DNA of 64,000 bases from a virus (taxonomy: Duplodnaviria > Caudoviricetes): positions 1 through 64,000 of IMG/VR virus record IMGVR_UViG_3300031760_003956. One strand, 5' to 3'. The translations under genes were made by a program, and so were the position numbers. Numbering within the stretch: position 1 is the first letter of the stretch; each line of letters opens with the position of its first letter. The notes below the pieces were generated by a model. The model was given only the letters and a program-made list of their open reading frames with translations, searched no databases and had not been told where the DNA came from. Positions 53,340 through 62,662 of this stretch are shown here, piece by piece.

Positions 53340-53681
53340 ATGAACTTTTATCAAATTATTAGTCTTGCGTTAAGTCTTGTGGGTTTCCCTACATTATTCT
53401 CAATATTTATAACCTATCGTAACAAGAACAGAAGTGAAAGAGAAAAAGACAGAGAGAGAGCTGAGGCTACAGAAATGGGTATTAAGGCTTTACTTCGTGC
53501 TGAGATGATTAAAGATTATAACAAATGGCACGAAGATAGGGGCTTTGCTCCGATATGGGTTAAAGATAATTTTGAAAATGTATGGAAACAATATGAATCT
53601 TTGGTTGGTGAAAATGGTGTGATGGAAGATATACACGATAAATTTATGGCACTTCCTACTATACCACCGAAAAAGAAATGA
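53340..53681 (+). CDS. holin-like membrane protein
   Basis: N-terminal TM helix; GIKALLR...YESL..ENGVM...MALP motif. Confidence 0.55.
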   Translation: MNFYQIISLALSLVGFPTLFSIFITYRNKNRSEREKDRERAEATEMGIKALLRAEMIKDYNKWHEDRGFAPIWVKDNFENVWKQYESLVGENGVMEDIHDKFMALPTIPPKKK

Positions 53682-53708
53682 TTTTTTATTTTGTAAAGGA
53701 GTGATAGA

Positions 53709-56700
53709 ATGATAGATTTAATATTCTATGACGGGAACGAACAAGAAATACCGAGTCTAACACAATGGGATTTAGGTAGAGTCTTGTATATTCGTAATAC
53801 AGAGAATTTAGTTCAAACACCTGTTTTCCATTTTTACAACAGGTCTGTTGATGAATCGACTCCTGTATTATCAGAATTTGTAACTATCAATTCTCATAGC
53901 TATATCAAGGTTGATGTGCCAAATGAAATTTTGCAGAAATCGCTTGCTATACACGTTCATATGGGCGTGGCTAATAATGCTAACGAACTTGAAACTATTG
54001 GCACAGGCGTGATTACTGTTATTCAAAAGGCTAAACCTTCATACTATGAGTATGTTCAAAATATAGCTGATATTTTTGATGAAACTATTAGCCGTAAATT
54101 AGAAGAAGAATTAGAGGGTGGTAGTCCGAAGGGCGTATTTGCGACAAAAAGTGATTTAACAAATGAAAATAGTGGTTTATATGTATGTATGACCGCTAAT
54201 GATGATACGTCTGCTACGCCGCCTATTAAGAGTGGTTATTTGTATTACTGGGATAGTGAAACCAATACTTTAAGTTATCTTGGTATTCAATATCAATCTA
54301 CGGGTATTCCCGATGGTAGTATTACAGAAGATATGCTTTCTACTGCATTAAAGAAACTCGTTATTGAGGATTTAAGAAAATTTGAGTCTACTGCTGATTT
54401 AACTACTTATATGGAATCAGAAGACGCAGAAGCCGGTCAGCTTGTAAGAGTAAAAGAAACCGTTAATGGCGAAGACATATATCAGGTTTATATTCTTCAA
54501 AACGGTACTAATAATACTCTTATTAAGAAGAAGATAAATTCTAACGAAGAAGCGTTGAGAGCGTTAGAAAATACTGTATCTGCGTTGAGTGAAGATTTAG
54601 ATAATTTAGAAAATGATAACGATACTACACATACGGATATTATCAATAGGTTTAATAATAATGCTGCTGGTGGTCTTGTTTACAACAGTAGTACAAAGGC
54701 ACTTCAATTAGTAAGTATTGGTGATGATACCGAGAACAGTAGTCAGGCTATCGGTAGTCCAGTTATTATTGACACGGGTATTACTGGTGTTCAACTTGCC
54801 GTAGAGCCTGATAAGAATGATAATACCAAAAACTATTTATTCTTGCGTGATAGTGGCGGTACTGATTTGGCTTATGTAGAGTTGCCAGCAACAGGTACAG
54901 GAAACGCTGGTTATGTAGTAATGAGATTAAAGAATTTGTTATCTTCTACTACATTTACTGTACCGTATAATGAAGTTAATGGTTGTGAATGTTTGCTTGT
55001 TTATAACTTTACGTCTATAGATACTGGTGATAATAATAGTCCTACTGGTAATGGTACTGCTTATTATTACGTTAATAATACTTTGGTATTAACTACGCAA
55101 AATTTAGTACAAGGCAATCATACGGTGGATATTGGAAGTTATCTCACACCTAATTCAACTAATAATATAAGAGTGATGGTAGTTGATAGCGAGGGTAATA
55201 GAAAAACACTCTCTTATACTATTACGGTTGCTTACAATTATCTTACTTCTGATTTTGACGCTCTTAGTGTTCAAAATGGTGCGTTTTCGATTCCTTATAC
55301 ACCTAATGGTAGCGGAGATAAGATTATTTATTGTGTAATAGATGGTGATACCGCACATAAATTAAGTTATCAGACAAACAAGTCTGCTCAAACATTTTAT
55401 TTTGATATATCAGGATTATCTCACGGCGGTCATTTTATAGAGATTTATATGAGTACGTTATTAGAAGGACAAAGTGAACGTGTAACAAGTAATGTTTTGA
55501 CATTTGGTGTTGTTATGATTAGTTCTAATACACCTGTTTTATATGCTAAACCGTCGAATACAACGATTCAACAATATTCATATAATAATTTGGATTTTAT
55601 TGCACACAGTTCAAATCAGCAAAATACCGTATCTGCTGTCGTAGACGAATGGGTTGAAACACAGATACCCGTTTCGACAATCGAAATAGACGGTGATGAC
55701 GTTGATTGTATTACCGTTGCTGACGCTACAACTTATGAAATTACCGTTGATGAAAATGCTGAAACAATAACAAGTAGCGGTGTATCATATTACAAATTAA
55801 GCGATACTAATGTTATAATAAACGGCACAAAGAAATATATAACAACAAGAGAATATGCAACGTCATTGACAGCAACTACAGATGAAGTAACCTCATTCCC
55901 ATATAGATTTGTTGATTCGGGAATTTTTGGGGTTACTCTTACTTTTGGAGAATTATCACAGACTGTTGTTTATACAGTAGAATCTATAGATGTTGCCGAA
56001 GCTGAAACAAATGGATTGAAATATTTGTTTGACCCGTCTAATAGAAGTAATAAAGAAGATATTTCAACAAGAGGTACACATAGTTATACTAACGGCGATA
56101 ACGAAACATACAATACAATATTTAGCGGTATTGATTTTGAAATTTATGGTTGGACTGGTACAAGTTTAAAGATACCTCACGGTGGTAGTATGACAATTCC
56201 GTATAAGCCGTTTTTGACCGATACTAATACTACAAAGGGTAAAACCATTGAATTTAGTTTCAAAATTAAAAATGTTTATGACTATGCTCAAAATATTATT
56301 TCTTGTATTGCTAATAATATGGGTATTAATATTCTCGCTAACAAGGGTAACTTTACAATGGGTTCGTCAAGTGCTGTTGAAGTACAGTATGTTGAAGATG
56401 AAGAAATAAGACTGAGTTTTGTAATCGCTAAAAGAAACTCTGCGAATGATTACAGAAGTCAGCTTGTTTATGTTTTCGTTAATTCTATTTTATCAGGCGT
56501 ATTTCAATACGGACAAGCCGATAGTTTTGTTCAAAATCCGGCTGCTGGTATTACCATAGGTTCTAACTATGCGGAGATAGAATTATACAAGGTTAGATGT
56601 TATGATATTGAATTATTCAATGTTCAGCAAGGAAACACAAGCAGAAGTTACAAGATACTTAATAACTTTATAGCAGATTCACCTGATGTTAATGATATGA

Positions 56701-59700
56701 TTGAACGTAATGCTCGTAATGATGTATTTGATGAAAGCAATTCAATCGACAATTCTTTACTTCCCGATGATTGCCCGTATATGGTAATTGAGAGTGACGC
56801 TTTGCCGTCTGCTCGTACCGATGAATTTGTTATTAGTGGTTATTTCGTTGATAAAGCAGATTCAAGTAAAGCGTTTGTTTTCTCTAATGCAAAGATAAAA
56901 ACACAGGGTACGTCTTCGCTTGACTACTTCATTAAAAATTTCAAAATTACATTTAAAAATGGAGTTTTATTTGAAATTGGTGCTAATATTGTACCCGTTG
57001 AAGTAAATGGCGAGAATGTTGATTGTGTTCTTAGTGACGATATTACCACATATGGAATTACATTATCAAATAATGCAGAAGTCATAGAAGTAGTTGATGA
57101 GGGTACGACAAAAACATATTATAGAATTTCAGATACTAATATCGTTGTTGATGGTGGAATTAACTATATTCGTGTAGGTAAATATCAGTTATTCTCTGAT
57201 AGTATTCCAACTAATAAATTCTGTCTTAAAGCCGATGTAGCTTCTTCTGAGGGTGCTAATAATACCGTTCTTATGAAGATATGGGATGATATTACAAGAG
57301 CATTATATAGAGATGGTTATGATACTTTAACACCACCTCAGATTGAAGACGAAAGAGTAAGACAGAGTATTGATAGCAGACCGATGGTTCTCTATTGGAG
57401 AGATATTTCTAACCCGAATAATCCTGTTTTGAAGTTTTGGGGTAAATATAATTTCAATAATGATAAGGGTACTCACGAAGTATATGGGTTTAATGAAACG
57501 AAGTACCCTGAATGTCAATGTTGGGAATTTAGGGATAACGGTAAAGCATTATCTCAGTTTAAATCAACTGATTTTGATACACTTGTACCATTTACCGATA
57601 AAAAGACACAAGATACTTTTGACGCACCTCGATGGTATGATACTTTTGAACCTCGTTTTCCTGAAATAGATGATGAGCTTCCAAATCCATACACACAGGT
57701 AAGCGTAGCAAAATTGAATAAACTTAAAAGAGTTATTAGTTGGGTATGCTCTACAGATACGACTCAGGCTGACGATTCTGTAACTTTAGCGAACTCTGTG
57801 GAATATGATGGCGTTACATACACGACTGATAGTGTTGAATATAGATTGGCTAAATTCAAAAATGAGTTTACTGATTATTTCAAAAAGGATTTGACATTAT
57901 TATACTATATCTTTACAGACGTATTTCTTATAGCCGATAACAGAGAAAAAAATCAGATGATTACTACATTCGATGGTATCCATTGGTTCTTTATACCTTA
58001 TGATGGTGATACTGCTTTGGGTATTAATAACTCTGGTAAGTATGGTTTTGAATACTGGCTTGAAGGAGATAGTGTATATAACGGTGCTAATGTATATAAC
58101 GGTAGACCGTCTGTACTATGGAATAACGTAGCCACAGTATTTGCACACGATATTCAGCTTTTGTGTACTGCTTTATTGAGTGCAAGGATAACTAATAGAG
58201 ATAGTGATATTGTATCCCACTTTGGGTTTGAGTATGTACGAGATAGATTCAACAAGTATCAATCTGCTTGGTCTGAGGCTATTTTCTGTGCTGACGCTGA
58301 ACATAAATATATTGTGCCTTATATTGAACTAAATGACGCTCGTTATCTTTCTATGGCACAAGGTTCTAAACGCTTGCAGAGGGAATATTGGTTAAGAAAT
58401 AGATTCAAATATTGGTGTTCAAAATACAAAATTGGTGACGCAACTGATGTTAAAAATGGTATTAATATCCGTATGACTACGCCGGAAGGAATGAGTGATG
58501 AAAGATATGTAGAAGTCTACAATCCTTGCGGTAATCCGTCAACTTCATATTATTATGAAAAGACTGGTAATACCTATTTTGCTTCGACCGATACTTCGGT
58601 TGATAGTGAGAAAACCTATTATGTTAAATGGAATACACTAATTGTAACTTCATTGACTAATACTTATGTTTTAGTAGGATTCGGTCAAAACCTAATTCCT
58701 TACAGATGTAATGCTAATGAAAGTATAGCTGCTAAGGGTAATTTGGATAGTAATGGTGATAGTCCGTTGAATTTCTATAATGCAAGTGAAATTAAAAATG
58801 TTGGTGATTTGTCGCAGAGTTATGTTAGTAACTTTACGATTGGTAGTAATGTTAAGAATCTTGAAAGTATTGTAATTGGTAATGAAGATAACAGTTACGA
58901 AAATACCGCAATTACACAGTTATCTACAAGTAGTTGCGAGAAACTTAAAGTCCTTAATGTATCTAATTGTAAGAATTTGGGCACTGGTAATGTTAAATAC
59001 ATAGATATTTCTAAATGTTTTAATATTCGAGAAGTATTGGCTAAAGGCACAAAGATTACTGCGGTCAACCTTGCAAGCGGTAGTCAGATTAGAACATTAA
59101 AACTTCCTAATACAATAATGAATCTTGAATTGATTAATCAAACTCAACTTTCGACTTTTGAGATGGAGGGTTATTCTAATCTTCTGACTTTAAAAGTTCA
59201 GAATACACCTATTGATGTTCTTGATATTGTACAGAACGCTACAGGTCTTACCAATATCAACTTAATAGATATTAATTGGACTTTTGAAGATACTGAATTA
59301 CTTGATACTCTTGTAAAAAAGAATAAATTAGATACTTGTACGGTTCAGCTTACGGGTAGGGTTTATGTACCCGAATTAACTTCCAAACAATTATCTGATT
59401 ATACTGCGGCTTGGGGTAATGGTCTGTTAGTTGATTATAGTAGATTGATAGTTCAATATCCCGTTACATTTAAGAATTATGACGGAACGGTTCTTAAAAA
59501 TGACGACAATGAATCAGCTATTCTTTATGTAAATGAGGGCGAAACTCCTTATGACGCAATCGTAATTGACTCTAATGGTGATTATTACACCAAAGACGAG
59601 TTAGGAAATGCTGATGAGTTGTTATTCAGAAAACCGACTAAACCTTATGCTTGGGATGAAACTTATGAGTTTGATTCTTGGGATAATAACCTATCTTCAA

Positions 59701-61256
59701 GAATTAGAGAAGCGGTTGATTATACTGCACAGTATACAACGACTGCAAGACAATATGAGGTTCAATTTAAATTTACTGTTGCAGGACAAGCGGTACAGAC
59801 CACTACTGTTACTGCCGGTGATACAGTTACTTATGATAGTTCAAACGGTCAGCCGAGTAAAGCAAGTGACGGAAATAACTGGTATCTCTGTCGTGGTTGG
59901 ACTGATACAGGACAGGAATATATTATTTCTACTACTGATGAGAGTAGAATTTATGGCTTGTTTGCGACTATTACATTAAATGAGGCGTTGTTAGCTGATT
60001 TTGCAGCTACAGTACCCACAGTATTAAAACCAACATTGGTATTCAATACTATTTACAATGAGTGTAGTCTGCCTACAAGCGGTATTCCTCGTAATCCGAC
60101 TAAGACCGATATTAAGAATTACCTTGATAACTACAGATATGTTTATACTAACGACCCCGAATTGCAAGAACAGAGTGCTTATACTTTGGGTGAGTTATAT
60201 GCTATTTCTATGTCAGAAAAATATAGCCTGTATCTCCCTCTTGGTTCAAGAGCAAGAATCATTTGTGATACCGATACTTATATTGGCGGTGATACGGCTG
60301 GTGATGGTAAGGGTAAATTTGAAATAGAAGTTATGGGATATAACGTATATGAACGTGCTGACTCAGGATTTGCTGGTGTTGGTGATTGTGGCGGTGCTAC
60401 AAACGCTATGATAAGTGGCGATTATCAAGGACAGAAAATCAAGGGTATGATTAGTAGTCCTACGGCTATGAGTGAACTTAGTGGTAAATCTGCTGGTCTG
60501 TATATCTGCAATACACAAGGTTATCAATGTGATACTGACGGATTTGTATGTGATACTTCTACTGGTAATCTTTATGATAGTGATGGTTGTGTTTATTATT
60601 ATAATGGCGAAACCTCGCCTACTAAAGTAGGAGCATACTTCTCTCACGTTGTTTGGTCTTGGGTATTCTCAGATTCTACTGGTGCTGGCGGTCAGTATAT
60701 GGACGCTACATATTGTATGAACAATACTGCTCCTAACCCACATACAATTAACGGTTGGGGTAATGACGAAGCAGAAGATTATAAGAAATGTGTAATGAAT
60801 AATTGGCTTAACGGTACTGTATTCGGTTACTTACCTTCTGAATTACAAGGTGTTATTACGCCTGTTAAGGTAGTTTCGGGTAGAGGTAGAGCAAGTGCAA
60901 GTGATAATACATTTAAGATAACTCCTGTTAGTAGTGTATCGAGATTGTTCTTACTGTCTGCTGGTGAAGTATTTGGTAGAAATGATACTCCGTATGTTAA
61001 TGAAATTAGTAAATGGTCTTCTCTTGCTGTTCGTAATGCAAATGATGAGATTAGTTCTATTTCGAGATATTGGAGATTAACTTCAAATAATGTAAGGCTA
61101 AAACACCCATACTACGGTACGGGAAGTAGCAACTGGTACTGGTTGCGTTCGCCGTATTCCACTTCCTACTTCGTCAATGTGAACGGCACTGGCAACTTCA
61201 ACAACGGATATGCTAACGGTACTAGTGGCGTTTCGCCGGCTTTCTGTACGGGGTAA
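53709..61256 (+). CDS. DGR target: 2515-aa tail/adhesin protein with CotH-kinase-like and LRR-like regions and a C-terminal C-type-lectin-fold variable domain
   Basis: N-terminal LTQWD baseplate-attachment-like motif; QGTSS, LKAD, GKYNFNNDK, DNREKN and PYDGDTALG motifs; C-terminal LFLLSAGEV...WYWLRSP...GVSPAFC containing the VR. Confidence 0.85.
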   Translation: MIDLIFYDGNEQEIPSLTQWDLGRVLYIRNTENLVQTPVFHFYNRSVDESTPVLSEFVTINSHSYIKVDVPNEILQKSLAIHVHMGVANNANELETIGTGVITVIQKAKPSYYEYVQNIADIFDETISRKLEEELEGGSPKGVFATKSDLTNENSGLYVCMTANDDTSATPPIKSGYLYYWDSETNTLSYLGIQYQSTGIPDGSITEDMLSTALKKLVIEDLRKFESTADLTTYMESEDAEAGQLVRVKETVNGEDIYQVYILQNGTNNTLIKKKINSNEEALRALENTVSALSEDLDNLENDNDTTHTDIINRFNNNAAGGLVYNSSTKALQLVSIGDDTENSSQAIGSPVIIDTGITGVQLAVEPDKNDNTKNYLFLRDSGGTDLAYVELPATGTGNAGYVVMRLKNLLSSTTFTVPYNEVNGCECLLVYNFTSIDTGDNNSPTGNGTAYYYVNNTLVLTTQNLVQGNHTVDIGSYLTPNSTNNIRVMVVDSEGNRKTLSYTITVAYNYLTSDFDALSVQNGAFSIPYTPNGSGDKIIYCVIDGDTAHKLSYQTNKSAQTFYFDISGLSHGGHFIEIYMSTLLEGQSERVTSNVLTFGVVMISSNTPVLYAKPSNTTIQQYSYNNLDFIAHSSNQQNTVSAVVDEWVETQIPVSTIEIDGDDVDCITVADATTYEITVDENAETITSSGVSYYKLSDTNVIINGTKKYITTREYATSLTATTDEVTSFPYRFVDSGIFGVTLTFGELSQTVVYTVESIDVAEAETNGLKYLFDPSNRSNKEDISTRGTHSYTNGDNETYNTIFSGIDFEIYGWTGTSLKIPHGGSMTIPYKPFLTDTNTTKGKTIEFSFKIKNVYDYAQNIISCIANNMGINILANKGNFTMGSSSAVEVQYVEDEEIRLSFVIAKRNSANDYRSQLVYVFVNSILSGVFQYGQADSFVQNPAAGITIGSNYAEIELYKVRCYDIELFNVQQGNTSRSYKILNNFIADSPDVNDMIERNARNDVFDESNSIDNSLLPDDCPYMVIESDALPSARTDEFVISGYFVDKADSSKAFVFSNAKIKTQGTSSLDYFIKNFKITFKNGVLFEIGANIVPVEVNGENVDCVLSDDITTYGITLSNNAEVIEVVDEGTTKTYYRISDTNIVVDGGINYIRVGKYQLFSDSIPTNKFCLKADVASSEGANNTVLMKIWDDITRALYRDGYDTLTPPQIEDERVRQSIDSRPMVLYWRDISNPNNPVLKFWGKYNFNNDKGTHEVYGFNETKYPECQCWEFRDNGKALSQFKSTDFDTLVPFTDKKTQDTFDAPRWYDTFEPRFPEIDDELPNPYTQVSVAKLNKLKRVISWVCSTDTTQADDSVTLANSVEYDGVTYTTDSVEYRLAKFKNEFTDYFKKDLTLLYYIFTDVFLIADNREKNQMITTFDGIHWFFIPYDGDTALGINNSGKYGFEYWLEGDSVYNGANVYNGRPSVLWNNVATVFAHDIQLLCTALLSARITNRDSDIVSHFGFEYVRDRFNKYQSAWSEAIFCADAEHKYIVPYIELNDARYLSMAQGSKRLQREYWLRNRFKYWCSKYKIGDATDVKNGINIRMTTPEGMSDERYVEVYNPCGNPSTSYYYEKTGNTYFASTDTSVDSEKTYYVKWNTLIVTSLTNTYVLVGFGQNLIPYRCNANESIAAKGNLDSNGDSPLNFYNASEIKNVGDLSQSYVSNFTIGSNVKNLESIVIGNEDNSYENTAITQLSTSSCEKLKVLNVSNCKNLGTGNVKYIDISKCFNIREVLAKGTKITAVNLASGSQIRTLKLPNTIMNLELINQTQLSTFEMEGYSNLLTLKVQNTPIDVLDIVQNATGLTNINLIDINWTFEDTELLDTLVKKNKLDTCTVQLTGRVYVPELTSKQLSDYTAAWGNGLLVDYSRLIVQYPVTFKNYDGTVLKNDDNESAILYVNEGETPYDAIVIDSNGDYYTKDELGNADELLFRKPTKPYAWDETYEFDSWDNNLSSRIREAVDYTAQYTTTARQYEVQFKFTVAGQAVQTTTVTAGDTVTYDSSNGQPSKASDGNNWYLCRGWTDTGQEYIISTTDESRIYGLFATITLNEALLADFAATVPTVLKPTLVFNTIYNECSLPTSGIPRNPTKTDIKNYLDNYRYVYTNDPELQEQSAYTLGELYAISMSEKYSLYLPLGSRARIICDTDTYIGGDTAGDGKGKFEIEVMGYNVYERADSGFAGVGDCGGATNAMISGDYQGQKIKGMISSPTAMSELSGKSAGLYICNTQGYQCDTDGFVCDTSTGNLYDSDGCVYYYNGETSPTKVGAYFSHVVWSWVFSDSTGAGGQYMDATYCMNNTAPNPHTINGWGNDEAEDYKKCVMNNWLNGTVFGYLPSELQGVITPVKVVSGRGRASASDNTFKITPVSSVSRLFLLSAGEVFGRNDTPYVNEISKWSSLAVRNANDEISSISRYWRLTSNNVRLKHPYYGTGSSNWYWLRSPYSTSYFVNVNGTGNFNNGYANGTSGVSPAFCTG
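61142..61249 (+). repeat. DGR variable repeat (VR) with IMH
   Basis: Aligns without gaps to the TR at +1141; 11 of 13 mismatches over 104 bp are at TR adenines. Confidence 0.95.
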
Positions 61257-61275
61257 TCACATAATCCTATACAAT

Positions 61276-61295
61276 CCCCACCCGTAAGGGTGGGG
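61276..61295 (+). promoter_or_regulatory. DGR cis-acting GC-rich hairpin downstream of the VR
   Basis: CCCCACCC-GTAA-GGGTGGGG, about 20 nt after the target stop codon. Confidence 0.8.
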
Positions 61296-61423
61296 TATAC
61301 AATAAGCCGTTAAATACAATTAATTAAATTTACGACCATAATGGAATCAAAAACACATTATGGTCGTAATTATTATTCTAATATAGAACTAAACTAAAAT
61401 TAAATATATCAAGGAGTGATAAT

Positions 61424-62176
61424 ATGAGTACAGTTTATTCAAGAAATAAAAAAGAAACTCAGGTTGTCTTTTTAAATAAAACACAAGAATTGGTTAAAGA
61501 TATTAATGATTATATAAAGGGTCAGAAGAACTGGGAATATGATGGAATTTTAAGAAAATTCTTAGATTTAGCCACATCTGCTTACATTGAAATGACTAAT
61601 GGTAATAACATTAAGATTCAAAGTTTATATACTTATTTTCAAAGGACAAATCATTTTATAGATAGTCAAAAAATATTAAGAACAATGAAGGATTATATTA
61701 GTGTTGTTGTCACTACTCACGAAATAAAAGATAGTAGAAGTGGTAAATGGTGTTTATTAATTGAGGCTATTATCACAAAAATAAATGCTATTAAATCTTC
61801 TGACGCTAAATTAATTAAGAAAAACACAGGAGATAGATTTACCAGAGTAGAAATTCAGCGATTTATTGATGAATGTCAATTAGATACATATGTAGAAAAA
61901 ATGGAACGATATAAGAAAATTGCGATATTAAATGCTAATAAGATATTAGAAGAAAAAATAACTGCTAATATGTTAGATGATTTTTTAAGAAAGATTAAGC
62001 ATATTTATTTTGTTATGAACGAAAAGAAAAAGCAAATAATAAGTCTAAATAAGAGTTCTGAGAAACTACATAATAATAGTAAATCTACGAGTAATAAAAA
62101 GACAACTAATAATAGCAATAAGTCTTCTAAAAAACAAGAAATTGATAATTATAATAAACTTGTTAAGAAGACATAA
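61424..62176 (+). CDS. avd: DGR accessory variability determinant (Avd-like) with C-terminal extension
   Basis: Lies between VR and TR; basic, helical N-terminal ~130 aa (SAYIEMTNGNNI...QRTNH). Confidence 0.7.
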   Translation: MSTVYSRNKKETQVVFLNKTQELVKDINDYIKGQKNWEYDGILRKFLDLATSAYIEMTNGNNIKIQSLYTYFQRTNHFIDSQKILRTMKDYISVVVTTHEIKDSRSGKWCLLIEAIITKINAIKSSDAKLIKKNTGDRFTRVEIQRFIDECQLDTYVEKMERYKKIAILNANKILEEKITANMLDDFLRKIKHIYFVMNEKKKQIISLNKSSEKLHNNSKSTSNKKTTNNSNKSSKKQEIDNYNKLVKKT

Positions 62177-62282
62177 ATTTTATGTTGAATAAATATAAAA
62201 GCTATAAATATAAAAATCATCTATGTTAGCATTATTTTTATGTTTTTTATATTTATTTTGGCTTGTTTTCTGTTTGGTTGTT

Positions 62283-62390
62283 GTTGCGTTCGCCGTATTC
62301 CACTTCCAACTTCGTCAATGTGAACAACAACGGCAACTTCAACAACAATAATGCTAACAATACTAATGGCGTTTCGCCGGATTTCTCTAC
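62283..62390 (+). ncRNA. DGR template repeat (TR) with IMH*
   Basis: Non-coding copy of the VR with 13 AAY codons, between avd and RT. Confidence 0.95.
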
Positions 62391-62662
62391 ATTGAGATTG
62401 TTTTGTTGAGATAGTGTCTTGTCTATCAAAAAGCAAATTATTATATATTTTTTATTATTGGTGTTTAGATTGAAGTAAATTCAAATAGGAATAAATGCTG
62501 AGATAAAAGTCAAGTATATTATAGTTTCAACAAGAGAAAGGAGAAAACGAGCTTTTTATCCTGTTTGGGATAAATAAATTAGTGCCATATCCCCGATTAA
62601 CGCGTGCGTTAGTATCGGATAAGGATGGCAACAGCGAATAAAGAATTTAGTGAGGTGTAGAG

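Noticed and set aside
40149-60647. Numerous short antisense or alternate-frame ORFs within the long tail genes
   Set aside because: These are the shadows expected from biased codon usage, with no RBS or recognisable motifs.
62221-62436. Minus-strand 71-aa ORF over the TR
   Set aside because: It is the antisense reading of the AAC-rich template repeat, not a credible gene.
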